The notes under the pieces were generated by a model. It was not told the origin of the DNA and searched no databases. It worked only from the letters and a program-made list of their open reading frames with translations. Shown one piece after another: positions 11,236-24,668 of a stretch of 64,000 bases of DNA (its first letter is position 1; every line of letters begins with the position of its first letter). Origin of the DNA: Eledone cirrhosa (lineage: Eukaryota); contig OZ024745.1 of the NCBI GenBank assembly GCA_964016885.1, forward strand, positions 120,776,001 to 120,840,000, given 5' to 3'. The translations under genes and the position numbers were made by a program.

Positions 11236-14200
11236 AGTGAGGCTATCTCTTGTTTTCTAACTAATTAATTAAATATAAAAAATATAAATTTAAAAGAGAT
11301 GAAGGAAGTTCAGACTCAGGAAATAACTACAATGAAAGACAGTTGCTATAATAGCAACGGACTGTAATTACTGTTATATTCTATGTCTGAACTTCCTACA
11401 ACTTATAGACTTATTTCCCCAGTATTTAGTAAGTTTGAAACTTTGAGCTTCACACATGATGTTTGTTTGTAACATTTTTTTTGAAAACTTGAGCACATCT
11501 GCCTAGAGCTAACAACTAACCTTCATTTCCTCTATACAGGATATTACACTTTTGTGTTCATCTTTACAATGTAAGTTTGGTTCCAAGTTAAGCCATTTCA
11601 GTTCCAATGACTCCCATATGATTCCTAGTTATAGTGAATAGTTTGGAGAAAGATGGCATCTTCATGGCTGCCTTGTCTTTGATGCACTACATGATGGTAA
11701 AGTCTTCAGGGTCAGTGTATAAGATGAACAATACATTTTATTTAGTAATTAGTTAGTATTAAGTTCTTCTTAAGCATCTTCGCTATTGCATCCTCGTTAA
11801 TTAGGTAGAAAGATGTATATATTCATTAAAAACCATCAAGGTTAACTAAACCCACTTATAATATAAAAGTATAACACTACTTCACATATCTTTTTCTTTT
11901 CATCAGCTTAACACCTCATTCATTTTATGGGTCCACACTGTTATTTTGATAACATTCTTGCTAAACAAAAGTATCTACAAGCTAAAAAAAATAATGCCCC
12001 CACCCACATTCTTCTGGGACAACCGCATGTTAATACAATGTCATCATTTCATCTAAAGTATATTATACTGTCAACTTATCCTTCAATTAATAATTGTTTC
12101 TACTTTTGGCACAAGGCCAGCAATTATCCCAGTGTATTGCTGGTACTTTATTTTATTGACCCCGTAAGGATGAAAGGCAAAATTGACCTTGCGGGATTTG
12201 AACTCAGACCGTAAAGGGCTATAACTCTATGTTGCTAAGCATGGCGTCCCACCCTCTACCGATACTACCAATCATAATATAGCTAAATCTTCTTTCTGAC
12301 AAGGTCTTTTACAGCAATTATGGTTGATGTCACTCTAACCCATCCTCGTTTCTCCAGACAACACTTACTGCCATTTCAATGCCCTAATTATTTTATTTTT
12401 TCATCCTGAATTCTTTGCATGCAAAATGCCTATAAAAAAGCTAACTTACTAAGCTATACTGATACAACTAGATACTGAATTCTTTGCTGAGCTCTTTCAA
12501 TGTTTTACCTTTCATGCAACAGTCTGTCACCTGGAACTAATTATACTTCCAAACTCTTTACTTTCTGATCAGTAGTTATCAAACCTGTATCTTGCTGGCA
12601 GCAGACAAAACCCAGAGCTTCTGTGCTTATTTACTTGTTCCTTGCTCTACTGAATTTAATTGGGAAGATTTTTACAATTAAGAAGAAAATATTTGAGTTA
12701 TTTGACATGTGATTGTTGAAGAAGGAATAAGAGTATTTGGAACTCTGCTTTACAAATAAAGATTCTGAATTAATAATCTACACAAAGAACTAAAAGAGAA
12801 AAAAATCAAATAGTAAAAGTAAGAGAAAGAGGAAGGAAGCAACTGACTCTTCTCCCACAGTGTAGGTGGTATATCTCAGCTGCACCCCACTGACAAAATA
12901 ATGAAGGCATTGCCATGTAGAACAGCCAGCGACACTCGCTGTAACAGCCTCTTTCCTCAAGCAAGATGTACTTCTCCCGATTTTGTAGAGGAAAATGGCA
13001 GTTTGGAGATTGATAAGCTGAAAAACTTAAATGACTAAAGATATTTCTTAGAATTACTTCACACTAGTCTCTGTCAAGAGAGGGACATGCCCTCTGAGTA
13101 GGCAAAGTAGGTAATGCCTATTCAAACTAAGATCATTAATATGAATATTGAGGTGCATGATATGCATATTTGTACACCTGTACTTACCTGGTACTTTATT
13201 TTATCATCCCTGGAAGGATGAAAGGCCAGATGTGAACTCAGAATGTAAAGTGCTGGAACAAATACCACAATGGTATTTTATCTGATTCTCTACTCATTCT
13301 ATCAATTTATCTCAGTTCATTAATATAAATTACTAAATATAATGGGTAAATGACTCTCAGTTCATTATAAAAATGATAATTTAGTGCCTTAAATTCAATG
13401 TATAGTTCAGTAATATATGGTATTTTGATGTTAAGTAGTCACAATTTCCTCATGGCTTTCAATTTTAATCATCATCATCATCATTTAATGTCTGTTTTCT
13501 CTGCAAGCAAGGATTGAACATGTCATCTTAAACTGGCCAGTACTCAAATGGAACCTCTGACCCCGTCTGGGCTAGGGGACCCAACATACGATCTCAAACT
13601 CTGCTGTGAATTTTATCATGGCACCAACACTAGGCAATTTCTTATGTCTTTTGCATAGCTAAAGGGCCTTCTCAACTCCTTGTTTGACAGGTTTGCTACC
13701 TACAGCTGGATGCCTTCCCTATCACCACCCACTTTACAGGTGTATGCTGAGTAATCATTTATCATGTGGATCACCAACATTAGGGAGTTTGGAATTTCTA
13801 TGGCACAGCTAAAATATCCTCCTGGCCCATTATTTGGTAGGTTCTCTACAGCTGCATTTCCTTCCTACCACCAACCACTTTACAGAGTGTAGTGGCGGTG
13901 TTTATTGTGTTGATCACCAGCACTTGGGAGGTTGTCATATCTATGAAACAACAGAAGAATACTCTGGAAAGTTTTCTGCAGCAGGTTGTTCTTCCTATCA
14001 CCAACCACTTTACAGAGTGTACTAGGTGCATTTATCATGTAGATCACCAACACTAGAGAGGTTGTCATGCATCTGGCACAATTGGAGAGTCCTCTTGGCA
14101 TGGTTTCTACAGCAGAGTAACCTTTCTATCGCTAACCAGCTTATAGGGTGTACTAGGTACATTTATCATGGCCCCAGCATTTGAGAGGTTGTCGTCATTG

Positions 14201-14987
14201 ACTCAAGAAAATGAACAGTTGACCCAGTTGACTCTTTGCTCTTGCAATGCCACTTTCATATTTGTGGAGGAGTGAGTTGTGTAGTGAAAGATTGTAGTGA
14301 TATCACATTAACGGAAGAGATCAGCTGAGGCCGTTTCTCATGAGGATTCATCAAAAGGACAGGTTGTGTTTTCAAAGGTCTCTTTCAAAATTCTAATTTC
14401 TGGCCAGAGTTTGAGTGAATATGTGTCTCAAGTTACACAAACCAATGAGAACCAGCTAAGGTAAGTGGTTTGTGTTTTCTATTGCAGTATTCCCATAGGA
14501 AATGAATTTTCCTATTTTTAAAACTCTACAAGGCATGGCTGCAGTTACAGGAAAGAAGGTATGGAAAGAATTAACTGATATTATTGCCAAGAATGTGGTA
14601 GTGGCAAATCCAAAAACTCTGTCTGGCATCATGACAGAGCTAACAATAAAATATAGATAAAAAAATTATGTAGAAAAACCTATACCCGAAGTGAATACTT
14701 ATAGATTCTTCTAGTAAATAAATAGGAGTTTCCATATCAAATAACTCACTACTGATAAAGTCCTGCAATCTAATTGAAACTTCTCTATATATATTTAACT
14801 CTTAAGATCGTGTACAGCAGGAAACCACATTAGCAAGTCATTCTTGAAAAATACAAAACAGCACTATGACTGCATCACATTAAAAATTAATTTCTTTACA
14901 GGAATACTGCTGATTCTCACAAAAATCTGTCCACGAGTAGAGATTCTATAAATGTTTGAATGAACAAACCGCATGAAACTAGTTTAA

Positions 14988-15186
14988 CCCTTTAGCATTT
15001 ACATTACTCTATATTTACTATTGTATTTTCACACTAAAGGCGTTATCTTACATAATTATCTCACATAATATCGAATCTACGAGATTTTGATGTTATTTGT
15101 AAATATGAGCAGCCAGTTACAGCCAGTTTGAACAGAAGGAGGTGAGAGAGTTCTGGCCAGATACGGCTGGTTTAAATGCTAAAGGG
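14988..15186. mobile_element. piggyBac-type MITE (representative copy)
   Basis: TTAA|CCCTTTAGCATTTA...TAAATGCTAAAGGG|TTAA; other copies at 16210-16533, 23593-23783, 23815-24028, 25051-25232, 34410-34607, 36866-37086, 37180-40122 (disrupted), 43130-43347. Confidence 0.85.
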
Positions 15187-15449
15187 TTAACAAGACATTC
15201 TTAAAAAACAGCACGATGACTGCATCAAATTGTGTTTACTGTAATATTGCATATTTTCAAGAAGATACTACAAACATTTAAATTAACAAACCTGTTTTTA
15301 GATATTTTATACTAAATTATTACAGGGCATTAAAAATTGATATTAGAAATTTTGACCAGGATTTGTCCAGTAGTAAACGTACTACAAACATTTAAATCAA
15401 CAAATCTATTTTTAGTTATTTTCATCATTACAGGATGTTAAGAGTTAAT

Positions 15450-16840
15450 TATGTCAATATTGTTATATTTGGGGAGGGTCATGTTGTTATAATATTGCCA
15501 GAAAAATAAAGTAAAACACACTCACTGTTTGGTTTGGGTTGGTTTTCGCATCAGTATATTTTTTAAATATTTTTATAATTAATTTAGTTAGCAATCAATG
15601 TTTATCATTGATTGACCAACAGTTAAAAATATAGATAAAAATATAGTTTTTCAGCATTCTTTCATTACACACATTATTATGTTTCCTCCCGTTGTATTCG
15701 TGTAATGTTTGCTTATTCTATTATTTATTTATTTATTGTTGTCTCTGTTTGCACATGCGTTTGTGTGCCTGTTTGATGTAGTTCATGTTATTGTAACTGT
15801 GTATATTTATTTATCTTTGATCACTATTGTGTGTTTGTGTATGGTTGTTGTTATTCCATTCATGTTTTCTGCCTAGGTTTTCTTAATTCTATTTCTGTAG
15901 CTTCCCTAATTTGTCTAATTGTCGAGTCATTCCTATGTTTAGATATCATTTTAATTTCTATGTTGTCTATATTACCATCATGTCTGGCATGTTCATATAG
16001 TACTGAATTGTCTTTTTGTCCTTTTAGTTCACCCAGTGTTCATCTATCCTCTCTCCTATGATACAGCCTCTCTCTCTTATGCATGTCATTGTCATGATTT
16101 CTGCAGGCACCTTCTATGCATCTTATGCTATAGACTACATTTCTAGTTTTACAATTTATTTGTGGATTTATTCTACATATTACACATTTCTTATAGTGGG
16201 TTTTCTTAACCCTTTAGCATTTAAACCAGCCGTATCCGGCCAGAATTCTCTCACCTTTTTCTGTTCAAACTGGCTGTAACCAGCTGCTCATACTGGTGTT
16301 AAGGTATTGTTCTCAAAATAGATAATATCTCAATCTCATAGACTCAATATCATGTGAGATAATTATGTAAGATAAAGCCTTTACCACAAAAATACAATAA
16401 TATATATAATTGTTTCTATTTTAGGCACAAGGCCAGCAATTACCCAGTACATTACATTACATTACATTACATTACATTACATTACATTACATTACAAAAA
16501 TACAATAATATATATAATGTAAATTCTAAAGGGTTAAAGGGGTAAGTTTTACTGATCAGGGATTTTATGGTAGTTCCTGGTTTTTCTACCACTCTATTAC
16601 TTAAATAGGTCTTTCTTAGGTCCTTTCTAAATTGGTTAGCTAGTTCACCTCCAGGGGTTGCACCCATGAACATGACACTCTGGTGTCTCTGGTTGTCATA
16701 CCATCAGTTGGCTTTCCCTATCTTTTGTCTCGTCCTATCTATGCTATTCCATGATTTTCTTCTGTGCAGTGGGCAAATCCCTTTCATGTCCATCTATGTG
16801 TCAATATTATTGTCTGTCATCTGTTTAAGATACCATAACT
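15450..16840 (-). mobile_element. Degenerate Penelope-like element (Neptune-like), split by a MITE
   Basis: MFMGATPGGELA...VVEKPGTTIKSLISKTYPF and endonuclease C-terminal SVLYEHARH...IRQIREATEI; its 3' non-coding part recurs at 28925-29210 and 44470-44665. Confidence 0.6.
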
Positions 16841-17760
16841 TATATAAAATAAACATTTTACGATAGTTTATATGGTTTTAAAATCTTAATATTCAATGGA
16901 ATTTCAAAAGACAAGTATACAGAAGTTACAGCAGAGGGGGGGGGGGGGGGGGGGCACGCAAAATCTTTTTTTTTGTTCTTTTCTTAAAATTATTTTATTA
17001 GATTTTATTTTATTTTTTTAGGGTGGCTAATAAATAGAATTTATTGCAATACAAAATAACCAGTAATAAAAATAAAAAAAATAAAAACTACATTATACCA
17101 GGCAATAAGGAGACAAAAAAAAAAGAAGAAAATAAGAAAAAGAAGAAAAAAAGGGAATTGAGCAACTAAGGAAAGGAAGTAGGGGAGCGGCGACAGCCTC
17201 TACACACTAGTCTGGGTAGTATTTCAGCTGCACTTCACAGATAAAATGGCAAAGGTATTACCATGGAGATTGGCTAGCAACAGTCTCTGCAACAGTCAGT
17301 CCACCTTACTGGACTTCTTCTTCAGGTGGACTGCTGTCTTTCTAATTGTATGAAGGAAATCAAAAGAGCAGGGACTGGATATTCCTCAGGTCATGACATG
17401 AAAAAACCATAAAGTTATCATAAAATTACTTGCTCTTAAGAGTAAAAATGTCAATTTTTAATGTGTTGCAATTATACTGTTATTTTATACTTCTCAAGAA
17501 TGTGTTTTGATAATGCTCTTTTATGTGGCACAGAATGTTGAAAGTTAAATCAGATTACTGTTGTGGTTTCAAGGCTTCAGTTGTTTTATATATATACATA
17601 TATATATGTGTGTGTGTGTGTATGTCAGTCGATCGACTTTTGTCAAATCGGACTGAGGAAACAATGTTTTCATTGGTCTTTCCAATTGCTAATACTATCT
17701 ACTGGTCGCAACTCCAGGTAGAAGGAGCAACGTGAAATAAAGTGTATTGCTCAAGAACAT

Positions 17761-17796
<36 letters not shown>

Positions 17797-17875
17797 AAGT
17801 GGGAAAACTCCCGTCCAAACCCATGCAAGCATGGAACACGGACGTTAAACGATGATGATGATGATGATGATGATG

Positions 17876-17907
<32 letters not shown>

Positions 17908-17939
17908 AGATCAAAAGATGGTTAAAGGAGTTCCATGTA

Positions 17940-18008
17940 TTTTATTATGCGCATTTCAAAAACAAACATCATCATGCAATAATATTTGTGTTTTCATCAG
18001 ATAAAACA
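17940..18008 (-). ncRNA. Type I hammerhead ribozyme in the 3' pLTR
   Basis: Reverse complement of the motif at 20500-20568; sense to the element ORF. Confidence 0.85.
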
Positions 18009-19029
18009 GGAGAACATGATATGAAGGCTAAAAAACACTTGTGGATAGTGCAGTTTTAAATCAACATATGAAAAGTGGTTTTAGATTGATGTGTGATATT
18101 GGGAAAAATATTTTATTTAGAGAGGGGGGGGTGGAAAGGATGAAAAAGGGGAGGAGATGAGAGGGAGAGATGGGTGATAGAGAGAAAGAGATAGTTTTTA
18201 TAACTGAGAGAAGATATATTGTTTTACATAGAGAGGTTGAAAACCGTTGGAAGATAATGTATAAATTAAAAGAATTTGAAAATTAACGAAGGGAAGAAAT
18301 GTACGAGGAAAAATATTTTATTTAGGGAGGGGGGGGGGATGAAAAAAAGGGGGAGGAGATGAAAGTGAAGGTGGAGAGGGAGAGATGGGTGATAGAGAGA
18401 AAGAGATAGTTTTTATAACTGAGAAAAGATATATTGTTTTTACATAGAGAGGTTGAGAACCGTTGGAAGATAATGTATAAATTAAAAGAATTTGAAAATT
18501 AACGAAGGGAATTTATGTATGAAGATAGAGAGAAAAAATAATAATTGTGGATGAATATTCTAACGTCAAAAAAAGTGTATGTTGATAAGTATTGTGGCAA
18601 TTTCAAAATTAACGAAGAGAAAAAATTATTAAGGTTTGTGTGTAGAAGGATTTGAGAAAAATAATGTGAAGTTAAAGTTTGTATATTGAAGGAATTGATA
18701 TGTGCGAATAAAGAGTTAATATGTATTAAGAATGAGTTCGTTGATGGGGAGAAAAAAATAATAAATTAAGGATGAAATTGAGATTAAAAAGTTTTATGAT
18801 AGAGAGAAAAAATAATAATAATTGCGGATGAATATTCTAACGTCAATAAAACAAATGTATATGTTATGAAGGATTTTACAAGGTGAAGATAGAAAGAGGG
18901 TAATGAGTAAACAAGTATTATAGAGTGTATAATGCCCTTTGAAGTAAGGTAGGAAGATGGGTATATTTTAAAGAGGTGTATGTATATGTGCCTTTGAGAA
19001 AAGATTCTAAATTGATAAAGAATTGAATA

Positions 19030-20390
19030 TTAACTGTATACTTTGTGAAAAGTCCTATGGAATTTATGCAGGCAGATAGAAAACAAATCTGTACGTCTAT
19101 TTATTATAGAATCTAGGTTAGAGATAATGGTAAATTTTTCATTTAGGCAGAGATTACAGATTTTAGATAGAGAGCTGTTCAAGTATGAGGATGCAGAAGA
19201 AACCTTCTTCCAAAAGATGGTATATTTAATGTTTTTGTATTTGAAAGATGAATGATGATTGTAGAGACGAGCTTTAAAAGAGGTGGAAGTGGAGCCAAAA
19301 TAGGTGAAGGAATTGGTGCTAGTTATAACTTTACATTCATAAATTAAGTTTTTATCGAGACAATGGTTGTTGAGAGGACATTTATTTTTAATGCGGCAGT
19401 TGCAATTAGAGAGATTATTAATGAGTGACCTAGTGTTATCTATAGAAGGAATTGGATTGGAGAAGTTGTTTGCGATAGGAATAATAGGAATAATAGTTTC
19501 TTGATTTAGAGTTGGATTATGAACATTTAGCGAAGTTGTGTTTGACGTTGTATTTGGGTTTACAGAAGTTAGCCTAGGGTTTACAATGACGTCGGGAGTA
19601 CTATTACTGTTATTATGAAATTCAATGTTGGAAGGAAGAGATTTAGTATTTAGTATTTTATTGTTGTGTTTAGAGATGATGTTGGAAATATTGGAGGATG
19701 TAGAATAAGAAAATTTGATGGTGTGTTTGTTAAATATTTTACTATAGATATGTGAGGGAGGGAAGCATTTATTTAAGGCACTAAAAAATAATTTAGGAAT
19801 ATTGTTATTAATAGAGATGGAGAAAGGAGCATTATACCAGATTATGTTTTTGTATCTAGGTCTTTTATTAAAATTATTGGAATGATCATGATTAATTATT
19901 CTACTGTAAGTTTTTCTAGAATTTGTTTCTTTACTATATTTGATTTTATCTGGATAGCCTGCTTTAGAAAGTGCGTTATTATAGTAATTGGCGTTAGCAT
20001 CAAAGATGTTTTTATTAGAAGATATGTTAGATATTCTTTTTCCAATATTACTAACTATAGCATTCTTGATATTGGTAGGATGGTTAGATTTAAAGTTAAC
20101 ATAATTTAGGTTCTCATTGTTTTTATGGTAAGGGTAATATAGGCCAGTGTTAAGATTAAGAGATACATCCAAGAAATTAGCTAGTTTGATACTATTATCA
20201 AATTCAATTTTTAGGTTATGTTGGTTAAAGAGATTACGTATATTGTTCTTAATAATATTAAGGTTAACTATATTGCAATTTAGGATAGTAAAGAGTCCAT
20301 CGTCACGATAAATTCCACCGCAAAGTTGAGGAATTTTCCGACTCAAAGAGTTCAAAATGAAGATACCAATTAAATCAGTCAATTGTCTAA
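19030..20390 (-). pseudogene. Penelope RT C-terminal half and GIY-YIG endonuclease
   Basis: GIYRDDGL, NFLDVSLNL, SNHP, CNCR...CPL...CL...LIY...YFGST...FKARLYNH, CNLCLNEK; the first ~26 aa of the listed ORF come from the inverted pLTR. Confidence 0.9.
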
Positions 20391-20499
20391 ATAAAATATT
20401 TTTCCCAATATCACACATCAATCTAAAACCACTTTTCATATGTTGATTTAAAACTGCACTATCCACAAGTGTTTTTTAGCCTTCATATCATGTTCTCCT

Positions 20500-20568
20500 G
20501 TTTTATCTGATGAAAACACAAATATTATTGCATGATGATGTTTGTTTTTGAAATGCGCATAATAAAAT
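20500..20568 (+). ncRNA. Type I hammerhead ribozyme in the inverted pLTR
   Basis: GUUUUAU-CUGAUGA-long stem II-GAAA-UGCGCA-UA-AUAAAAU; palindromic stem III; predicted cleavage after 20561. Confidence 0.85.
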
Positions 20569-20789
20569 ACATGGAACTCCTTTAACCATCTTTTGATCTT
20601 ATATTATGTATACTCCAGTCCTACAAACTGTAGAGTGCTTCTTATCCGATATCTGCATTGCTTTATTGTACTACAATAAAACTCACCTCCTACATTATAT
20701 ATATATATATATATGTATTGAAATTTCCGTTGAAAACAGAAAAGGTCATAGAAGTGAAGAGTGCTCTATGTAAGTACCAGAGCAAAATT

Positions 20790-20921
20790 TAATGTATAAA
20801 AATCAATACAATATAATTACCTCATTACCAGAGGTTTCCCGAATGAAGACGTTTCTTTCGTATTCGCCTCATTCGGGAAACCTCTGGTAATGAGGTAATT
20901 ATATTGTATTGATTTTTATAC

Positions 20922-20925
<4 letters not shown>
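20790..20925. repeat. Perfect 57-bp inverted repeat with 22-nt spacer
   Basis: Arms 20790-20846 and 20869-20925. Confidence 0.95.
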
Positions 20926-20978
<53 letters not shown>

Positions 20979-21384
20979 GATCTGTTTGAGGTGAAACATA
21001 TTGTTCTCGGAAATGGTATACTAACTGTTGTGGAACTACTTTTCTCTTTATATATATATACAGAAGACCCAATCCACCCTCCTATACATCCCATGAGGAC
21101 AGATCAAAGTAAATGCATCCAGTGAAGCCCCCAGCCCACGTTGTAAAGTGGTTGTGATGATGACACAGAAAAAAAGCACCCAGTCCACACTGTAAATGAG
21201 GTTGGCATTAGGACTGGCAACCAGCTGTAGAAATCAAGCCAGAATCAATCCTGTATGAGCAAGACATGGTCACCTGACCTAGCATTGCCCACAAAAGGAC
21301 AACTCGTCTAACCCATGCTAACGTGGAAAATAGACGTAAAATGGTGGTGATAATGATGATATATGTATGTACACACAAATGTAT

Positions 21385-21762
21385 ATCATCCTCATCATCA
21401 TCATCATTTTACGTCCACTTTTCCCTGCTTGCAAGGGTGGGATGGGAACTGATTCTGGCTTGATTTCTACAGCTGGATGCCCTTCCTAACACCAACCTCA
21501 TTTACAGTGAGTGCTGGATGCTTTTTTTTCCATGGCGCCTACACGACCACTTTAGAGTGTGGGCTGGGTGCTTTTTTGCCGTGGCACCTACACGACCACT
21601 TTGCAGTGGAATGATAGGGACCCCAGTCCCTATCATCTCATTTCTACAGCTGAGAAAACTGGAGCAATGTGAAATAAAGTGTCTTGCTCAAGGAAACAAC
21701 ACATCACCTGGTCTGAGAATTGAACGCACAATCTTTCGATTGCAAGGCCAATGTGCCTCCAT
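21385..21762 (-). mobile_element. SINE family B (tRNA head, CORE-like centre, RTE-derived tail)
   Basis: Close reverse-complement match to 40518-40827. Confidence 0.8.
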
Positions 21763-21877
21763 GTATATATGTATCATTATCATGATATATATATTTATAT
21801 ATATATATATGGGAAAAGAGTCAGGACCCCGGCGGTTGAGCTCTTGCCATTTTGACAGCTAGTTCTGAACTCATAAC

Positions 21878-21937
<60 letters not shown>

Positions 21938-22814
21938 TTTGTTGGTACCTCAAAACATCCAGCCTAAACTGTAAAGTGATTGTGTAAAAGACACAGCAAA
22001 AAAGCACCCAGTACACACTGTAAATATGGTTGGTGTTAGGAAGGGCATCCAGTCATAGAAAACCAGCCAGAAACAGTCCTATATGAGCAAGACATGGTAA
22101 CCTGACTCAACCTGCCTTTAAATGGGACAAACCCATCTAACCCATGCTAGCGTGGAAGATAGCCGTTAAATGATGATAATTATGTTGATGATATATAGAT
22201 TTTTAAATTTTCAAATTCAAATGTGGGAGAAATTATGTCCACAGGTGAGGGTTTTTCCTACCTCTGATGTAAAGATTCCCTTGTTGTCTTGACATACTTT
22301 ATTCACGATCATCATTATCTTAATCATCATCATCTTAATCATCATCACTAATTTTACATCTTCTTTCCAATGCTAGCATGAGTTGGATGGGTTGTCACAA
22401 TCTGAGACCTTATTTTGTTCATTATGTTCCATGTTTGGCATGGCTTCTATGCTTTGAGGCTCTTCCTAATGCCAACCCTCTTACAGGGTATACTGGGGCC
22501 ATATTTTGTGACATCGACAGTACCACTTTACAGAGTGGGCTGGGTGCATTTTATCGTGGCACCAACACTAGAAAGGCTGTCACATACTTGTGTAGACTGA
22601 AGAATTCCCTCAAACCCTATACTGTCTTTGTTCAATTGTCAAACACTATAGTCTCCAACTTCACATTAAATTTACTTTTAGTATTGCAGTGCTTGTACAT
22701 ATATATACTAAAATACTTTATAGTTGCTTTCTTAGCAAGTCTACAGATTGGAGGTGAAAGGGTTTGTGATATGAACACTCCTTTCTTGGTTTCATCAGTA
22801 TAGCTGATTGATTG

Positions 22815-22817
<3 letters not shown>

Positions 22818-22879
<62 letters not shown>
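22818..22879. repeat. (GA)n microsatellite
   Basis: Direct observation. Confidence 0.98.
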
Positions 22880-22881
<2 letters not shown>

Positions 22882-24185
22882 CGCAGGGAATGATGGGAAT
22901 AAAACCAGTGATGAATGAGAAGATTAGATCATGTGTTGAGGGAGAATGAAAGCAACTGGGAGATAAGGGTGATGGAAATGAATGTGGAAGGAAGTAGAGA
23001 AAAGGGAAGACCAAGAAATATATGGCTAAAGATGATGGAAGAGGAAATGAAAACAAGGTGTTTGTGAGATGGGGAAGATGCAGACAATAGGCTAAGATGG
23101 TCGATAAAATAAAGTACCAGTAATGTAATGGGTAATTGCTGGCCTTGTGCCAAAAAGTAGAAACAATTATATTATTTTTAAAGTGGTCATGTTGGTGAGA
23201 TGACAAAAAGCACCTAACTCACCCTGTAAAGTGGTCATGTTGGTGACATGACAAAAGGCACCCAGCTAACCCTGTAAGGTGGTCATGTTGGTGACACAAT
23301 GAAAAAGTACCCAGTCAAACCTGTCAGTTGGTCATTTTGATATCACGATAAAAAACACCCAGTCCACTCTGTAAATGTGGTCAGCATTAGGAAGGGCATC
23401 CAGCCAGAAACAGTTCTGTATGAGCAAGACACTATCACCTGATCTGACTTGTCTAACAAAGGAACAACTCGTCTAACTCATTCTAGTATGGGAAATGGAC
23501 ATTAAATGATGATGATCATATCTTTGAAATGTAGCTATATAAAAAATACTCATTAGAGTCTTTATTGAAGACCACTGGCTCATTGTATTTAACCCTTTAG
23601 CATTTACATTACTCTGTATATACTATTGTATATACTATTGTATTTTCACAGAAAACACTTTTTCTCTCAAAATTATCTCACATAACAATACCTCAACATC
23701 AGTATAAGTAGCCATTTAACTGGTTTGAACAGAAAAAGGTCAGAGAATTCTGGCCGGATATGGCCAAATTGAATGCTAAACGGTTAATAAAATATAACTG
23801 GTCTCTTGTTTTAACCCTATAGCATTCACATTATTCTATATATACTATTGTATTATCACGGTAAAGGCCTCACAATTATCTCACATAATATCGAATCTAT
23901 GAGATTTTGATATTATTTATTTTGAGAACAATATCTTAACATCAGTATGAGTAGCCAGTTATAGCTAATTTGAGCAGAAAGAAGTGAGAGAATTCTGGCT
24001 GGATATGGCTGGTTTAAATGCTAAAGGGTTAAGTATTAGTAGTTTATTTAATGTGTTATTGTGAAGCGTCTTGTTGAGGAATTCTCAACTAAATCAAGAG
24101 GAAGTATTCTAGTTTAAACAAATGTAGTTACTGTAGGGAAAGAGGGGGGGGGGGGTATTTCAAATCAGTTATCTAATTTGGGAAC

Positions 24186-24189
24186 ATCG

Positions 24190-24226
<37 letters not shown>

Positions 24227-24668
24227 TATCATCATCTCCATCATCATCAACACCATCTTCATCATCACCATCATCATCATCATTACAATCATCATCATCA
24301 CCATCATCATAATTATCACCATCATCATCAGCATCACAATCTTCAACACCATCATCACCATCACAATATCACCATCATCATCATCACAATCTTCATCATC
24401 ATGATCACAATCATCATAATCATCATCATCATCATCATAACATTAATCATCATAATCACAATCATCATCAACACCATCATCATAATCATCACCATCATCA
24501 TCATCACAATCATCATCACCATCATCAACACCATCATCATAATCATCACCATCATCATCATCATCATCACAATCATCATCACCATCATCATCACCATCAT
24601 CATCACCATCACAATCTTCATCATCATCATCATCATAATCATCATCATCATTATGGTCATCATCATCA
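24186..24668. repeat. Degenerate (CAT)n/(CAC)n trinucleotide expansion
   Basis: Direct observation; adjoins the tail of an RTE-tailed repeat at 24670-24850. Confidence 0.95.

Larger units (their letters stand above)
17903..20697 (-). mobile_element. 5'-truncated Penelope-like element (Naiad-type) with inverted pseudo-LTRs, inserted in (TA)n
   Basis: 17903-18120 is the reverse complement of about 20387-20604; RT and GIY-YIG ORF lies between. Confidence 0.9.

Noticed and set aside
14200-14660. Possible host exon ending at AAG|GTAAGT (14460)
   Set aside because: No recognisable coding frame or partner exon; cannot be supported from sequence alone
19030-20466. Selenoprotein-type Naiad
   Set aside because: No in-frame TGA in the remaining ORF, which ends in TAA; no SECIS recognised
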